DNA from: a virus
Lineage: Duplodnaviria; Caudoviricetes
IMG/VR virus record: IMGVR_UViG_3300014826_000005
Location: 1-64,000 of that record
Length of the DNA stretch: 64,000 nucleotides
Strand: one strand, 5' to 3'
The translations under genes were made by a program, and so were the position numbers. Below, piece by piece: positions 20,252 to 30,994 of this stretch (the stretch's first letter is position 1; each line of letters starts with the position of its first letter). Under the pieces are notes generated by a model. The model searched no databases. It was given only the letters and a program-made list of their open reading frames with translations, and was not told the origin of the DNA.

Positions 20252-20419
20252 ATGCTAACACTAGAATTAACTGTATTCATGATGGCTGGTTTGGGCACTA
20301 TTTTTATGAACTACGATAATGAGAAGAAGGCAACTTCTCATAAAAAAGATTCAGATGGAGACTTAGATTCGTCTAAGTTGAAATATCCAAATGATGAAAA
20401 AGATGAGGAAGGTGAATAG
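20252..20419 (+). CDS. small protein with N-terminal hydrophobic helix and acidic tail (55 aa)
   Basis: AGGAGG RBS inside the previous gene; start trimmed from the ORF-track call at 20108; terminator follows. Confidence 0.6.
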   Translation: MLTLELTVFMMAGLGTIFMNYDNEKKATSHKKDSDGDLDSSKLKYPNDEKDEEGE

Positions 20420-20498
20420 CCTTTCCTCATTTTTTTGTTTTTTTATTAAGCTCCCATAGAAAAACACAATATTAATTATAAAATAAGGATGTGATAAA

Positions 20499-20780
20499 AT
20501 GAAATATTATTTTATGTTGATAAGTAAAGAAGAAGCAAAGAATCCTAGTAATCTTGGTGCAAACTATGTTTTTAGTCATAGAGATAAATGGTGTGAAGAA
20601 AATGCAGAAGAATGGGCGAAATATTTAACTGCTGGATATGTGAAGTATGTTGACTATGCTGTTAAGGATAACAAAGCTTACTATATCTTAAAAACCTATA
20701 TGGATTTAGATGTTAATGCTGTCATTCTCTTATGTCGTGAATCAGAATTTGGTTGTGACCAAAACTTCACGAATTCATAG
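20499..20780 (+). CDS. hypothetical protein (93 aa)
   Basis: AAGGATGTG RBS; AACA-N6-TA at 20463-20474. Confidence 0.65.
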   Translation: MKYYFMLISKEEAKNPSNLGANYVFSHRDKWCEENAEEWAKYLTAGYVKYVDYAVKDNKAYYILKTYMDLDVNAVILLCRESEFGCDQNFTNS

Positions 20781-21055
20781 CACTATTAATATTTTTTTAT
20801 TATGATAAAATATACAATTAGAAACGAAGCTCTTTATAACTACAATAGTGTTGCTCATAGGGTTGTTATTTTATCAAAACAAAATAAACACATTAAGGCA
20901 TGTCGTTTAATGATTGAACATGGAATCACTGCAGATATGATACAATGTAGTGATTTTATCAATAGGCTTCATTTTAGAATAACAAAATGTGTTTATTTTT
21001 TATTAATTAAAAAAAAGAAAAAAGATATGGAATAAATAATATTCCATATCTTTTA

Positions 21056-22294
21056 TTATTTATTATAATATTGAATAGATAAAATAAAATACCAATAAAT
21101 AGCTTTCTTATAATTGATACGTGAAGCTTCTCTTTTAAACTTAGTGTGAACTCCTGTTTCTTCACCCCATTTATCTAATGTGTCTTTAATAATTTTGATA
21201 TTAGGGTTGTTACTATTTGTTTTTCTAAAGAGTTCAGCTGACCATGTTAAGAAACGAGAACTATTAATATCTTCTTTATTATATTTATCAATATATAAGA
21301 ACATGAATAAAATCGCTTTAATAAAATTACTGATATCACCAATATGTTTATCATTAACAATTTTTGATAAATAGAAACGACAATCATACATACTGATACC
21401 TGTTAAATCTTTAGCCTGTTTAACACGTTTTAATTCAAGCCCATTAGCAATAATTTGGTTAATGATATTTTCACTAATAACTTCTACAACTGTTGTATTA
21501 TTTTGGTTATCCACATCCAATTGTATTTGATCATAGGAATCTTTTGTTAAAGAAACACGTAGACCGTTACGATAATTACGAATATAGTTATCAGCAATAT
21601 TTCTCATCATTGATTTTTGGTCATTACGTATTCTTTGAATAAAACGAATCGTTTCATTATCATCACCCACAATAATAGATTCTTTTAAGAAATCATAGGA
21701 ATTATGAATGGATTTAAATAATGTATTGAATAAGTTCTTTTCTTTTTTAATTAAGAATTTTTCACTTAAATTATCGATGGTGTATTGCATAACACCTTCA
21801 TCCGTTTTATATCTAAAAAATAAAGCAAAGATAGAGGGATAAACGGATATAGCATAAATTGCTAAAGCTGAATTTAATCCTTTCTCATCTTTCTTAAGTG
21901 TGTAATAACGTATACAACAATAAAAGACCCAGAAAATAGGTTGACCTGTTAAAAGTTTGAAATCAGATTTAGATCCTAAATGGGATACGATTTCTTTAAC
22001 CATATCTACAACGTCATTCTTTTTAATTTTAAATAAGTGGAAATATTCTTCTTTATCAACTTCACCAAATGTAATAGGATAGACAGGTCCAGCTGTATAA
22101 AGCTTATCATTATTTTTATCAATATATGAACCGACGATTTGTTTAAATTTCCTATCTCCAACCGATGTAGAAAGGACAGCTTCTATTTTAGGATAAAGTC
22201 TATCTCTCGTAATGGTTGTTGTCGTATTTTTTTTAGCAGCTTCACTAAAAATATCTCCAAAGCTATCATAAAAGATAGAATCAAAAATATCCAT
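21056..22294 (-). CDS. conserved jumbo-phage protein, probably virion-associated
   Basis: 412 aa, AGGAGG RBS, late-type motif at 22320-22331, divergent from the portal. Confidence 0.75.
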   Translation of the reverse strand: MDIFDSIFYDSFGDIFSEAAKKNTTTTITRDRLYPKIEAVLSTSVGDRKFKQIVGSYIDKNNDKLYTAGPVYPITFGEVDKEEYFHLFKIKKNDVVDMVKEIVSHLGSKSDFKLLTGQPIFWVFYCCIRYYTLKKDEKGLNSALAIYAISVYPSIFALFFRYKTDEGVMQYTIDNLSEKFLIKKEKNLFNTLFKSIHNSYDFLKESIIVGDDNETIRFIQRIRNDQKSMMRNIADNYIRNYRNGLRVSLTKDSYDQIQLDVDNQNNTTVVEVISENIINQIIANGLELKRVKQAKDLTGISMYDCRFYLSKIVNDKHIGDISNFIKAILFMFLYIDKYNKEDINSSRFLTWSAELFRKTNSNNPNIKIIKDTLDKWGEETGVHTKFKREASRINYKKAIYWYFILSIQYYNK

Positions 22295-22319
22295 ACATCC
22301 ACCTCCTATAAAGTGTAAT

Positions 22320-22371
22320 TAAACTAGTGTTTTTAGGATGCATAAAAATACTAGAAAAAAACAAAGAATTA
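22320..22371. promoter_or_regulatory. divergent pair of putative late promoters (AACA-N6-TA)
   Basis: Minus copy 22320-22331 (AACACTAGTTTA); plus copy 22360-22371 (AACAAAGAATTA). Confidence 0.55.
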
Positions 22372-22389
22372 ATCGTATAATAAGAAAGG

Positions 22390-24738
22390 ATGGTGACGCA
22401 TGTGGCGAATAAAAAAGATGAAAAAGATCTTGATATAAGAAAAGACAATTCTCTACGTAAACGTCTATCTTCTATTAACGCTCTTATTAACCAAGGAAAT
22501 TTATCTCTGTATGGTACAGATAAGAAAGATAACTTAAATTCATTAGATGATAAATTCATGTCTATTTTGAATAGCTCTATTAATGATATTACCAATAGAG
22601 ATGAAAATGATATTACATCATTCTTGAATAAAGTTGTTTCAAGTGAAAATAAAAGCTTTGCTGCTGATCAAATGCTGAGTAACCAATTTATGGATATTAC
22701 TGGTGATGATTATGCAACAATGCAATCTTTTATTTATGATGCTTATCGTAATAGATTATTGGAGCAATCTGATTTACATGAGATTTCATCACAGCTTATT
22801 GAATTAAGTGAAGCAATTCTCATTACTAGAGATGCTATTGTTTCTAGTGATGTTGTTGAAGGTCGCATGAGTCGAACATTGAAGTTTGACAATATTAGTG
22901 ATGAAGATAAAAATGACTACAAATCCATAGTTGAACACATGGAGACAAAATTTAAACTACAAGAGAAAATCAAGAATTATATTATTCCTAAAACTCTTGA
23001 ATATGGGGAATACTATGCTTATGTTATTCCTTATGCTAAACTCTTTAATGATTTAAATAAGAATCGTGCAACAGACCAATATGGTCGAAGAATTTATCGT
23101 GAATCTACAAATACCGTCTATGAAAGTTTTGAAGATAATAAAGGTAAATTAGATAAAAAAGAATATGATAAATTTATTAAAGAGACTTATGAAAAATATA
23201 AAGAGAATGGTGTAAAAAAAGGTAGTTCTCAAGAATTTGTAAGTGAAGAAGTCTTTAAGAAAGATATGACAAATATTCTTAACAACATCAGTGTTTGTAA
23301 TGATAGTGTTCCTCTTCCTGTTATTGAAGAAGGTGCTGAATCATTAAGTTTTTATGCTAATCAATATTTTACAGAAGAAGCTAAATCTAAATCTGATAGT
23401 TATAAGAATATCTTTAATCAAGTCAATAGTAATAAGAAAAAAGAAAAAGGTATCTTTGATGATCCTAATGATGTAGGAGAATTCTCTAATATTGGGGATT
23501 GTTATTTTAAATTACTTGAACCTACAACAGTTATTCCTATTAAGATTATGAATACAACTATTGGATATTATTATGTCCAAGAAGAAGATATTACACCTCT
23601 AGAAGGAGCTATTTCTTCTACACTTTATTTTACAAAGTTTGATGAAAATAGACGAGAAAATACAATCATTGATGCTATTGCTTCTAAAGTTGTGAGAAGT
23701 TTTGATAAGAAATTCTTGGAAGATAATATTAAATTTAAAGAAGCTATTGTGGATTGCTTCCAATATTATAATCTTAATGAGAAGCGTTTAAAATTCCAAT
23801 TCATTCCTGCTGAATATATTCAGACATTTAAGATTGATGAAGATGCAAATGGTAATGGACAATCCATGATTAAGAAATCATTATTCTATGCCAAATTATA
23901 TCTTATGCTTTTATTATTCAAAATTATGTCTATTATTCTTTATAGTAATGACACAAAGGTGAATTATATTAAGCAATCAGGAATTGATAAAAATGTAGCC
24001 AATAAAGTACAGGAAATTGCTAGGATTAAGCAGTCTCGACAGATCAATATTACCGATTTATTCAGTTACACTACCCTTATTAATAAGGTGGGTAATGGTA
24101 ATGAAATGTATGTGCCAGTAGGAAGAAGTGGTGAACGTCCTATTGAAACAGATATTCTTCAAGGTCAGGATATTCAATTGAATTCTGATTTATTAGAAAT
24201 GCTTAAAAACTCTTATATCTTAGCAACAGGTGTACCAGCTGCTATTGTTAATTATTTGAATGAAGCAGATTTTGCTAAAGTTGTAGAACAGAATAATACA
24301 AAGTTTAATGGTCGTGTTGTCAATTACCAATTAGACTTTAATAATTCTATTACTGAACTTTATCAAAAATTATTAAGATGGTCAACTAAGATTGATGAAG
24401 GCGTTATTAGTAATTTCCAATTTGCATTACAACCACCTAAAGCAACAAGTATTAATACTAAAGGTGAACTTATTGGACAATTCCAGACATTATCTGATTT
24501 CTTAGTTAATAGCTTATATGAAGATCCATCACAATCATTGGATGCTGAAGATTTACAAATGGAAATTCGTGAATTTAGAAAACTTCTTATCGAAGATCAA
24601 TTACCAATGTTGGATATGGATAAGATTAATAAGATGAAAGAAAAAGCACATCTCAATGCCAAAAAAGAACGATTGAAACCAGATGGTAAAAATGGTGACA
24701 ATGGTGATGATGATGGCTTGTTAGACGATAATCTATAA
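22390..24738 (+). CDS. portal protein
   Basis: 782 aa in the structural region; segments ITRDAIVSSD, KTLEYGEYY, SYILATGVP, NNSITELYQKLL resemble T4 gp20-grade portals as recalled; no search run. Confidence 0.65.
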   Translation: MVTHVANKKDEKDLDIRKDNSLRKRLSSINALINQGNLSLYGTDKKDNLNSLDDKFMSILNSSINDITNRDENDITSFLNKVVSSENKSFAADQMLSNQFMDITGDDYATMQSFIYDAYRNRLLEQSDLHEISSQLIELSEAILITRDAIVSSDVVEGRMSRTLKFDNISDEDKNDYKSIVEHMETKFKLQEKIKNYIIPKTLEYGEYYAYVIPYAKLFNDLNKNRATDQYGRRIYRESTNTVYESFEDNKGKLDKKEYDKFIKETYEKYKENGVKKGSSQEFVSEEVFKKDMTNILNNISVCNDSVPLPVIEEGAESLSFYANQYFTEEAKSKSDSYKNIFNQVNSNKKKEKGIFDDPNDVGEFSNIGDCYFKLLEPTTVIPIKIMNTTIGYYYVQEEDITPLEGAISSTLYFTKFDENRRENTIIDAIASKVVRSFDKKFLEDNIKFKEAIVDCFQYYNLNEKRLKFQFIPAEYIQTFKIDEDANGNGQSMIKKSLFYAKLYLMLLLFKIMSIILYSNDTKVNYIKQSGIDKNVANKVQEIARIKQSRQINITDLFSYTTLINKVGNGNEMYVPVGRSGERPIETDILQGQDIQLNSDLLEMLKNSYILATGVPAAIVNYLNEADFAKVVEQNNTKFNGRVVNYQLDFNNSITELYQKLLRWSTKIDEGVISNFQFALQPPKATSINTKGELIGQFQTLSDFLVNSLYEDPSQSLDAEDLQMEIREFRKLLIEDQLPMLDMDKINKMKEKAHLNAKKERLKPDGKNGDNGDDDGLLDDNL

Positions 24739-24743
24739 TTTAT

Positions 24744-24790
24744 AAAAAAAGAATAAGAATACGGACATAAATCCGTATTCTTATTTTATT
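24744..24790. terminator. bidirectional intrinsic terminator
   Basis: AATAAGAATACGGA/TCCGTATTCTTATT hairpin between convergent genes. Confidence 0.75.
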
Positions 24791-24792
24791 TA

Positions 24793-25695
24793 TTAATCAT
24801 AACCATTAGCTTGTGGAACACCATATGGTTCAGTGTATTCACCGCTCTTTAATAAGCCAGTCTTTCTATCATAGTATACACCAGTTTCATTTCTGATACT
24901 TGCAGTTGTAATACCAGAGTTGAAGTTCAAGCTGTTAGCGAGAATCTTATATTTATTTAATAATTCTTTGGCAATATGGTTAATCTGAATTGATTCATAC
25001 TTTGTGCAAGTGAACTGAATATCAGTATCAACCAAGTCATGTTGACCGGAAGAATAGTTGAATGGGTCAATGTTGATATTTGTTGGGAATGCATTTGCTA
25101 ATAAGCAAGCATATTCAACATTTTCACCAGTGTTATCTGTAGATACATAAATGAATTCAGCAGTTTGGTTAGCCTGAATACGTGCTAATCTTGTTTGGTT
25201 TTTACCAGTACCTTGACCATTGTAGTGTGTTAAACCAGTCTGAAGGTCAACCATACCATTAATCCAAGCATGAATCATCTGTCTTACAGGAGAACCTGAG
25301 AATTCATAAACCTTAATTGTAATTTGGTTTGTACCATCATTAACAGTTGAAGGGATAGCGAAAGCTTTGTTTGTATAGCCACCTTGAATAGAGTTTGTAT
25401 CAAGTTCAATATCCTGTAAACCGTTAATAGATGTATTACCATATTCAATAATATGTTTTAATTTTCTAAGACCTTCAGGGTTCGTTTCTGCTAAGAATGC
25501 AGGTTTTCTTACCATGAAGATTCGACCAAAGCCTGTTCTAAGTGGATCATATGCTTGAAGAACGTCGTGAGTGACGTTTGTACCACCAAGGAACAGTGAG
25601 TATTTAGTAATATTCGCAGTAGGGTTAACATTAACATCAGTAGATGAAATATTACCACCCTTAATTCCAGATTGGATAGTAGCCTGTTCTGCCAT
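24793..25695 (-). CDS. tail tube protein
   Basis: 300 aa directly downstream of the sheath; VYEFSGSP...AEFIY...ANAFP pattern. Confidence 0.65.
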   Translation of the reverse strand: MAEQATIQSGIKGGNISSTDVNVNPTANITKYSLFLGGTNVTHDVLQAYDPLRTGFGRIFMVRKPAFLAETNPEGLRKLKHIIEYGNTSINGLQDIELDTNSIQGGYTNKAFAIPSTVNDGTNQITIKVYEFSGSPVRQMIHAWINGMVDLQTGLTHYNGQGTGKNQTRLARIQANQTAEFIYVSTDNTGENVEYACLLANAFPTNINIDPFNYSSGQHDLVDTDIQFTCTKYESIQINHIAKELLNKYKILANSLNFNSGITTASIRNETGVYYDRKTGLLKSGEYTEPYGVPQANGYD

Positions 25696-25715
25696 AATTT
25701 CTCACTCTCCTTTCT

Positions 25716-27899
25716 TTAAGCTATGACATCAGTACTTAACTGTTGGTACTGTCTCTTATTAATATCAATTTCAATAATAATAGACTTCGTTAATCCTCTG
25801 AATGTTACATCTACATAGCAATGTAAAATAGAGTGGTTAAATTCGTACTTAGTTGTATTGAATGAGATATTGAAATCTTGTACAGCTGTACCAGCCCAAC
25901 CAGCATATTTAGCTTTTTCAACAGCGATGAAATCATTTCTGATATCAGCATCTGTGAAGTTATAGAGCTGACTGTATGAATCTCTTTCGATTAATCTCTT
26001 GAGTTCATATAATGTAGCTGCATTATTTTCTTCCATTAAATCAGTAATATTCTTTTGAGTTGTAGATTGAGTAGCTCTCCAGAATCTATTTTCACCAATA
26101 CATTCGAAGTAGTTGAATCTGTGTTCATAGAGTTTTTCTTTAACAGCAGTATCATATTCTTCGATAACTGGGACCATACTATCTCTAACATGACCAGATA
26201 ATTCTGCATTAGAGAATACTAATGGAATATAGAAACTACGCTGATTTAAATGATTAGCATAAGTAGCAGATAAGTAGTAAGAAATTGTTACACGACATTT
26301 CTTATTTGTACTACTTTCTTTTACAAGGTAGTTATGGATATCAATAGATACCATACGTGAATCAAAGATAGAATATTGATTAAATAAAGCATTCAATGAA
26401 GAATCACTTAATGAATCAATAATACCAGTATCCAACCATACACGGCAATCATTACGGCTTTCAGCTAAAGCAACGATTGTCTTTTTAACAGACATTGGAT
26501 AATTGGCATCAAAGAATGATGTAACTGGAATACGACGAGGAGATAAAATCTTCTTATCATATGTACCATTATAAGCGTTACATAAAGCAGCTTCAACTTC
26601 TTCTGCAACAGTCCATTTCTTTGTTTCACCATTAACAACTTCACTTCTTGGGTTATCAAAATAGCCATTATGACCATTAAGTAATTCAAGACCATGAGTA
26701 GAAGTGAAGTCTACGATTACTGTACCAGCATCAGCAGTTGCATAATCTTTAGAATCATAATCTTTAGCAGTTACATCTACTAAAGATGTTAATTCTTTAA
26801 CGATGCAAATAGCAGGTAATAATTCAGTAGAAGAAACTTTCTTACCAAAGATAACGTCAAATTCATCATTATCAGGTAAGTTATCTTTTTCAGTTTCAGT
26901 AATTAAATCATTAATCTTAATTAATTCGTTATATTTATCTACATACTTATCATCTAAAGCAACAGTGCCATTCATCATTTCTTCAGGAATAGCATATTCT
27001 TTTACTTTTGTTTCATATTCTTTTTCAAGATCAGCATGTAAAGCAGTAACGAAGTTAATATAAGCATCATAAATAGCATCAACATTTTCTTCATTAGTCA
27101 TTACGTTTACTGGAACGACACCAGGTTCTACGTCAGATAATACATCATCGATAAGAGTGGCTGTTTCAGAACCATATTTAACTGAAGAAATAAGAGCACC
27201 AGTATATTGTGCATCTTTAGTTAATGAAGTTTCTGAATTCAATACATCAAAATTATAGAATTTAATACCATATTCCTTTTCATAATTAAGAGCTTGAGAA
27301 AGTCTTAATGAGAATAAATTACCACAAGAACCTCTACCAGTGTATCTAGCAGCTAAAATTTGTTTCTGAATAAATCCAGAACCATCTTTATATGTAGATT
27401 CACCTAAAGGTGTTTTTGTAGGAGTACCGTTAAATTCTTTAAATTTTTCTTTTAGAATATCATCAGAAGTTACGTTTTCGAAACTCTTAGCAACTAATTT
27501 AATTCTAAATTTTCTTTTAGAAGCGTCAGCAGCATCATCTGCTGTATCAGCCTTATAAAAAGCAGAAACAACTGCATTGGCATACGCAGCGTTTTCTGGC
27601 ATAACTCTCATAAACCAGACAACAGTGTTGTCTTGATCAAGGACGTTTAAGGCTTGCATCAAAGGCTGACCATATTTTTTAAAGTTAGATTCTCCAAACA
27701 TCTTGACAGCGTCAACTCTTGAAGATTTTCTAACCCATTTGTTATCAATTCCTTTAGAAGAAATCACAGCATAAGCTTGAGTGACACTAGTATCGCCAGC
27801 AGCATTTGTTGTATCATCAGCTACTTGAGTGTAGTCATTGATGTGTGTTTCAACATTAGGAAATGAAAATTTAGGTACAATTTGTGTCGTTTGAGCCAT
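25716..27899 (-). CDS. tail sheath protein
   Basis: About 727 aa; N-terminal FGESNFKKYGQP, C-terminal LMEENNAATLYELKR; sheath-tube order; GAGGAG RBS before MAQ. Confidence 0.75.
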   Translation of the reverse strand: MAQTTQIVPKFSFPNVETHINDYTQVADDTTNAAGDTSVTQAYAVISSKGIDNKWVRKSSRVDAVKMFGESNFKKYGQPLMQALNVLDQDNTVVWFMRVMPENAAYANAVVSAFYKADTADDAADASKRKFRIKLVAKSFENVTSDDILKEKFKEFNGTPTKTPLGESTYKDGSGFIQKQILAARYTGRGSCGNLFSLRLSQALNYEKEYGIKFYNFDVLNSETSLTKDAQYTGALISSVKYGSETATLIDDVLSDVEPGVVPVNVMTNEENVDAIYDAYINFVTALHADLEKEYETKVKEYAIPEEMMNGTVALDDKYVDKYNELIKINDLITETEKDNLPDNDEFDVIFGKKVSSTELLPAICIVKELTSLVDVTAKDYDSKDYATADAGTVIVDFTSTHGLELLNGHNGYFDNPRSEVVNGETKKWTVAEEVEAALCNAYNGTYDKKILSPRRIPVTSFFDANYPMSVKKTIVALAESRNDCRVWLDTGIIDSLSDSSLNALFNQYSIFDSRMVSIDIHNYLVKESSTNKKCRVTISYYLSATYANHLNQRSFYIPLVFSNAELSGHVRDSMVPVIEEYDTAVKEKLYEHRFNYFECIGENRFWRATQSTTQKNITDLMEENNAATLYELKRLIERDSYSQLYNFTDADIRNDFIAVEKAKYAGWAGTAVQDFNISFNTTKYEFNHSILHCYVDVTFRGLTKSIIIEIDINKRQYQQLSTDVIA

Positions 27900-27974
27900 T
27901 GTACTTTCCTCCTCACTTTTCATGAATTTAATATATTCTTTTTTATAAAAATGAATATTAATTTCATAGATTTT

Positions 27975-27986
27975 TATATTATTGTT
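27975..27986 (-). promoter_or_regulatory. putative late promoter AACA-N6-TA
   Basis: AACAATAATATA upstream of the sheath. Confidence 0.5.
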
Positions 27987-28017
27987 TGTTTTACCCTCTA
28001 AATCTGAACGGTTTATC

Positions 28018-28758
28018 TTATAATTTTAAGAGTTGTTCAACTGGTGAATAGGTTTCTTCTTGCTTTTCTCTTGTTCGATTCAGTGATGTTGTCACCATCG
28101 AATCAAAGTCTTCAAATGTTAAAGCTGTAAAAGTAGATGAGTATTGGCAGATTTCTCGTATATTAATCATACGATAATCAAATTGTGATGTATGGGGATT
28201 TTTTCCAATAACTTGGGCAAACTTTTTCGTTGGGTCATTCTTATATCGATAAATACCAGAAAGAATGAGTTCTTCAATAACAGAAGTAACACCTAATCCA
28301 ACACCATTTAAGTCTTGATTTTTCTCCCATATACGTAAAGATTTTTCATAAGGAATATTATCAGGTAACTTACCTTTTAGTATGAATTGCAAATAAGATT
28401 CACAATTACTACTATCTTCAATAGTACCATTATTCATAATCTTATCCCCTTTACGATAATGCAATATCATACAATCGATAGGTTCCTCATATCCTTCTAT
28501 TCTAACTTTACTTACATCAGTATCACCAATGAATAATTCTATCCATGTAGGAACATTAAAGACTTTCGTTGTCGTAATATCCCCTTTTTCATTTTTAAAT
28601 CCCACATTAAAGATTCCTATTGTACGAATAATAGATCCTTTTTCTTCAGCAAATCCTCCTGGAGACTTAAAGTAATCCATAGGTAGATAGAAATCAGCTT
28701 GAGGAGCATTTAAATAGATATATTTATTATCCATTTTAAAATACATATTTTCTTCCAT
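28018..28758 (-). CDS. RNA polymerase beta' C-terminal fragment (probably virion RNAP)
   Basis: NGVGLGVTSVIEELILSGIYR and NIREICQYSSTFTALTFED align by eye with beta' QGVKINDKHIEVIVRQMLR and [20 protein letters not shown]. Confidence 0.55.
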   Translation of the reverse strand: MEENMYFKMDNKYIYLNAPQADFYLPMDYFKSPGGFAEEKGSIIRTIGIFNVGFKNEKGDITTTKVFNVPTWIELFIGDTDVSKVRIEGYEEPIDCMILHYRKGDKIMNNGTIEDSSNCESYLQFILKGKLPDNIPYEKSLRIWEKNQDLNGVGLGVTSVIEELILSGIYRYKNDPTKKFAQVIGKNPHTSQFDYRMINIREICQYSSTFTALTFEDFDSMVTTSLNRTREKQEETYSPVEQLLKL

Positions 28759-28811
28759 ATTATCACCTCACTTTAATAAAATGATTTAACTAATTGTCTT
28801 AATGAATAGAA

Positions 28812-29097
28812 AAAGAAGAGATAACCTCTTACAGTTATCTCTTCTCTGGCGAACAACACACTGGATGAGTGTGCTTAATTATCTCTTATGTGAAAGGTGG
28901 AAATTAACTATCGAATATATCAAAGAATCCATATAAGGTATTTCTGGCAATTTTATCATCAAATATCAAGATACAATATGATTTATATTAGGAGTTACAA
29001 TGTTGCTGTATGAACGGAGGAATGTCATAAATCCATCCACAGTCTTTACTTGTTGCATCAAAGGTAGGAGACCACCTTAATACCATCACATAAGATT
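28812..29097 (-). ncRNA. candidate late non-coding RNA (about 280 nt)
   Basis: AACA-N6-TA at 29097-29108 (minus), no RBS-led ORF, ends at a terminator. Confidence 0.35.
28814..28845 (-). terminator. intrinsic terminator
   Basis: AGAAGAGATAAC/GTTATCTCTTCT hairpin with an A-run on the plus side (U-tail on minus). Confidence 0.65.
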
Positions 29098-29119
29098 ATA
29101 ATTTTGTTAATAAAATTAT

Positions 29120-29275
29120 TTATTTTTTACTAATATCAACATGGAACCAATCTTGATTATCTTTATTAGCTAGTACACCTTTAACTTGCTTGTGATTAGC
29201 ATCAATTAATTCTTCAATACGGTCCATATCATCAAGTGGTTTTTCGTCATTAATAGGTATAGAATCTTTATTCAT
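29120..29275 (-). CDS. small hypothetical protein (51 aa)
   Basis: Read by hand: TAATG coupling with the upstream stop; MNKDSIPINDEKP...FHVDISKK. Confidence 0.55.
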   Translation of the reverse strand: MNKDSIPINDEKPLDDMDRIEELIDANHKQVKGVLANKDNQDWFHVDISKK

Positions 29276-30798
29276 TACGCATCATCCTTTTCATCGTTAG
29301 GTGTCGATTCAGAATTTTCATCAGATTGCTGAACCGGACTTGATGTTAATTTATCACGATGTTCTTCAGCTACTGTTGATTGAAGATTCTTCATTGATTC
29401 ATTTTGAGCTTTCAATGAATCTCCTAATTCTTTAATAGCATCATCTTTTGATGCGTCTTCTTTAATTTCATTAGGATCTTCATCTGTAGGTTCAATTTGT
29501 TCTTCTTGAGAAGATTCTTCTTTCTTATTAGCTTCTTCTTCATCACGAATATCCGTTTGAATCAATTCTTTCACTTTTTCATTATAACGAGTAGTCAGTT
29601 CTTCAGAACTTAATGATGCATCATATAAATCTTGTAACCCTAAATCCTTATATTTCTTCTCTAATAACATTTTGCGATTAGATTCTTTATTTTCTTCCAT
29701 TTCTTTACGTTTTTCATGATTCTTAAATGTAGAATTATTTTCTTTAAATAAATCAGAATAATTAATAAAGTAATGGTCAATTTCTTCAATAATAGAAATA
29801 AATTCTTGTTCAAGTTCATCAGATGTAAATTTATGATAAACTAAGTTTGCTAATCCACCTGTTAATGATTTAATAAACATGCTATCACGTTTATTATAAG
29901 GATCACCGTAGGCAACCATTCTCATATAAATAAATAAGAATAAGTTGTTAAATGGTCCATATTCTTCAGGTAAGAAATTTTCTTCAATATTAAAGAAGTA
30001 TGTGTAAATAGATGGATTGAAACCAAAACGATGAATTTTATTCTTATATTTATTAACGATATAAGAACCTTTCACATTACCATTGAATCCCTCAATGATA
30101 TTTTTAATTTCATCATCTCCATAACGTAAGAATCTATCTTTAACAAATGAGAAATCTAATGATTTCTTCATAGTATCAAGCATTTCTTCAATTTCACGCT
30201 TCTTAATATTATCGGTTTCCTTTTGTACAGCTTCCTCTAAAGTTGCAATACGTTTCTTTTTTAATTCGATAATTTTATCAGAATTTAAATAGTTGTAATA
30301 ATCTCTAAAGACATCATTAGCTTCTTCTGTCAATTCTTCTGTTTCTTGTTTTGATTTATAAAGAGAAACAGATAAATTCTTAGTATCAAGTAATGCGTCA
30401 CGAAGTTTTTCTTCATCATCTATCACATTTTCTATAATAATTTCATCTGTCATATATGATGATGCAAAGGCTTTCATATCTTCATAACTCATTGTCTCAA
30501 TATCGGATTGTCTAAATTGAAGAATATTAAACAACATCTCTTTATCAAATCCGTAGCAGATTTTAATCGTATATTCATAGAATTTACGAAGTGTATCATA
30601 TTGCTCTTGAGCCATTTTTAAATAATCTTTAATGAGTTTATAATCTGTAGGATTAATACCACCATTATTATTAGTACTTTCTTCTTTTTGTTCATCTTTC
30701 TCAACTATAGAATCATCAACTTCTTTATCCTTAGGAGATTCTTCTGTTACTTCTGTTGCTGATTCTTCAGTTGTTTTTAATTCTGTATTTTCTTCCAT
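29275..30798 (-). CDS. hypothetical coiled-coil/acidic protein (507 aa)
   Basis: AAGGAGG RBS before MEEN; start trimmed from 30897. Confidence 0.75.
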   Translation of the reverse strand: MEENTELKTTEESATEVTEESPKDKEVDDSIVEKDEQKEESTNNNGGINPTDYKLIKDYLKMAQEQYDTLRKFYEYTIKICYGFDKEMLFNILQFRQSDIETMSYEDMKAFASSYMTDEIIIENVIDDEEKLRDALLDTKNLSVSLYKSKQETEELTEEANDVFRDYYNYLNSDKIIELKKKRIATLEEAVQKETDNIKKREIEEMLDTMKKSLDFSFVKDRFLRYGDDEIKNIIEGFNGNVKGSYIVNKYKNKIHRFGFNPSIYTYFFNIEENFLPEEYGPFNNLFLFIYMRMVAYGDPYNKRDSMFIKSLTGGLANLVYHKFTSDELEQEFISIIEEIDHYFINYSDLFKENNSTFKNHEKRKEMEENKESNRKMLLEKKYKDLGLQDLYDASLSSEELTTRYNEKVKELIQTDIRDEEEANKKEESSQEEQIEPTDEDPNEIKEDASKDDAIKELGDSLKAQNESMKNLQSTVAEEHRDKLTSSPVQQSDENSESTPNDEKDDA

Positions 30799-30890
30799 TA
30801 TTATAGTCCTCCTTAATAAAATACTAATATTATTAAAATGTGAAAAAAATAATAAATAATAAGTCATACCGTATGATAGGATATTTGAGG

Positions 30891-30902
30891 TATACATTAT
30901 CT
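30891..30902 (+). promoter_or_regulatory. putative early phage promoter motif TATACATTATCT
   Basis: Motif copy ahead of the 27-aa peptide unit. Confidence 0.6.
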
Positions 30903-30994
30903 ATATGCTACATCGAAAATATATAAACGATATAGCCATCATCTATGTCCTTTTTAGACACACAGATGATGTACATAGTAAAGGAGGTGAAACT

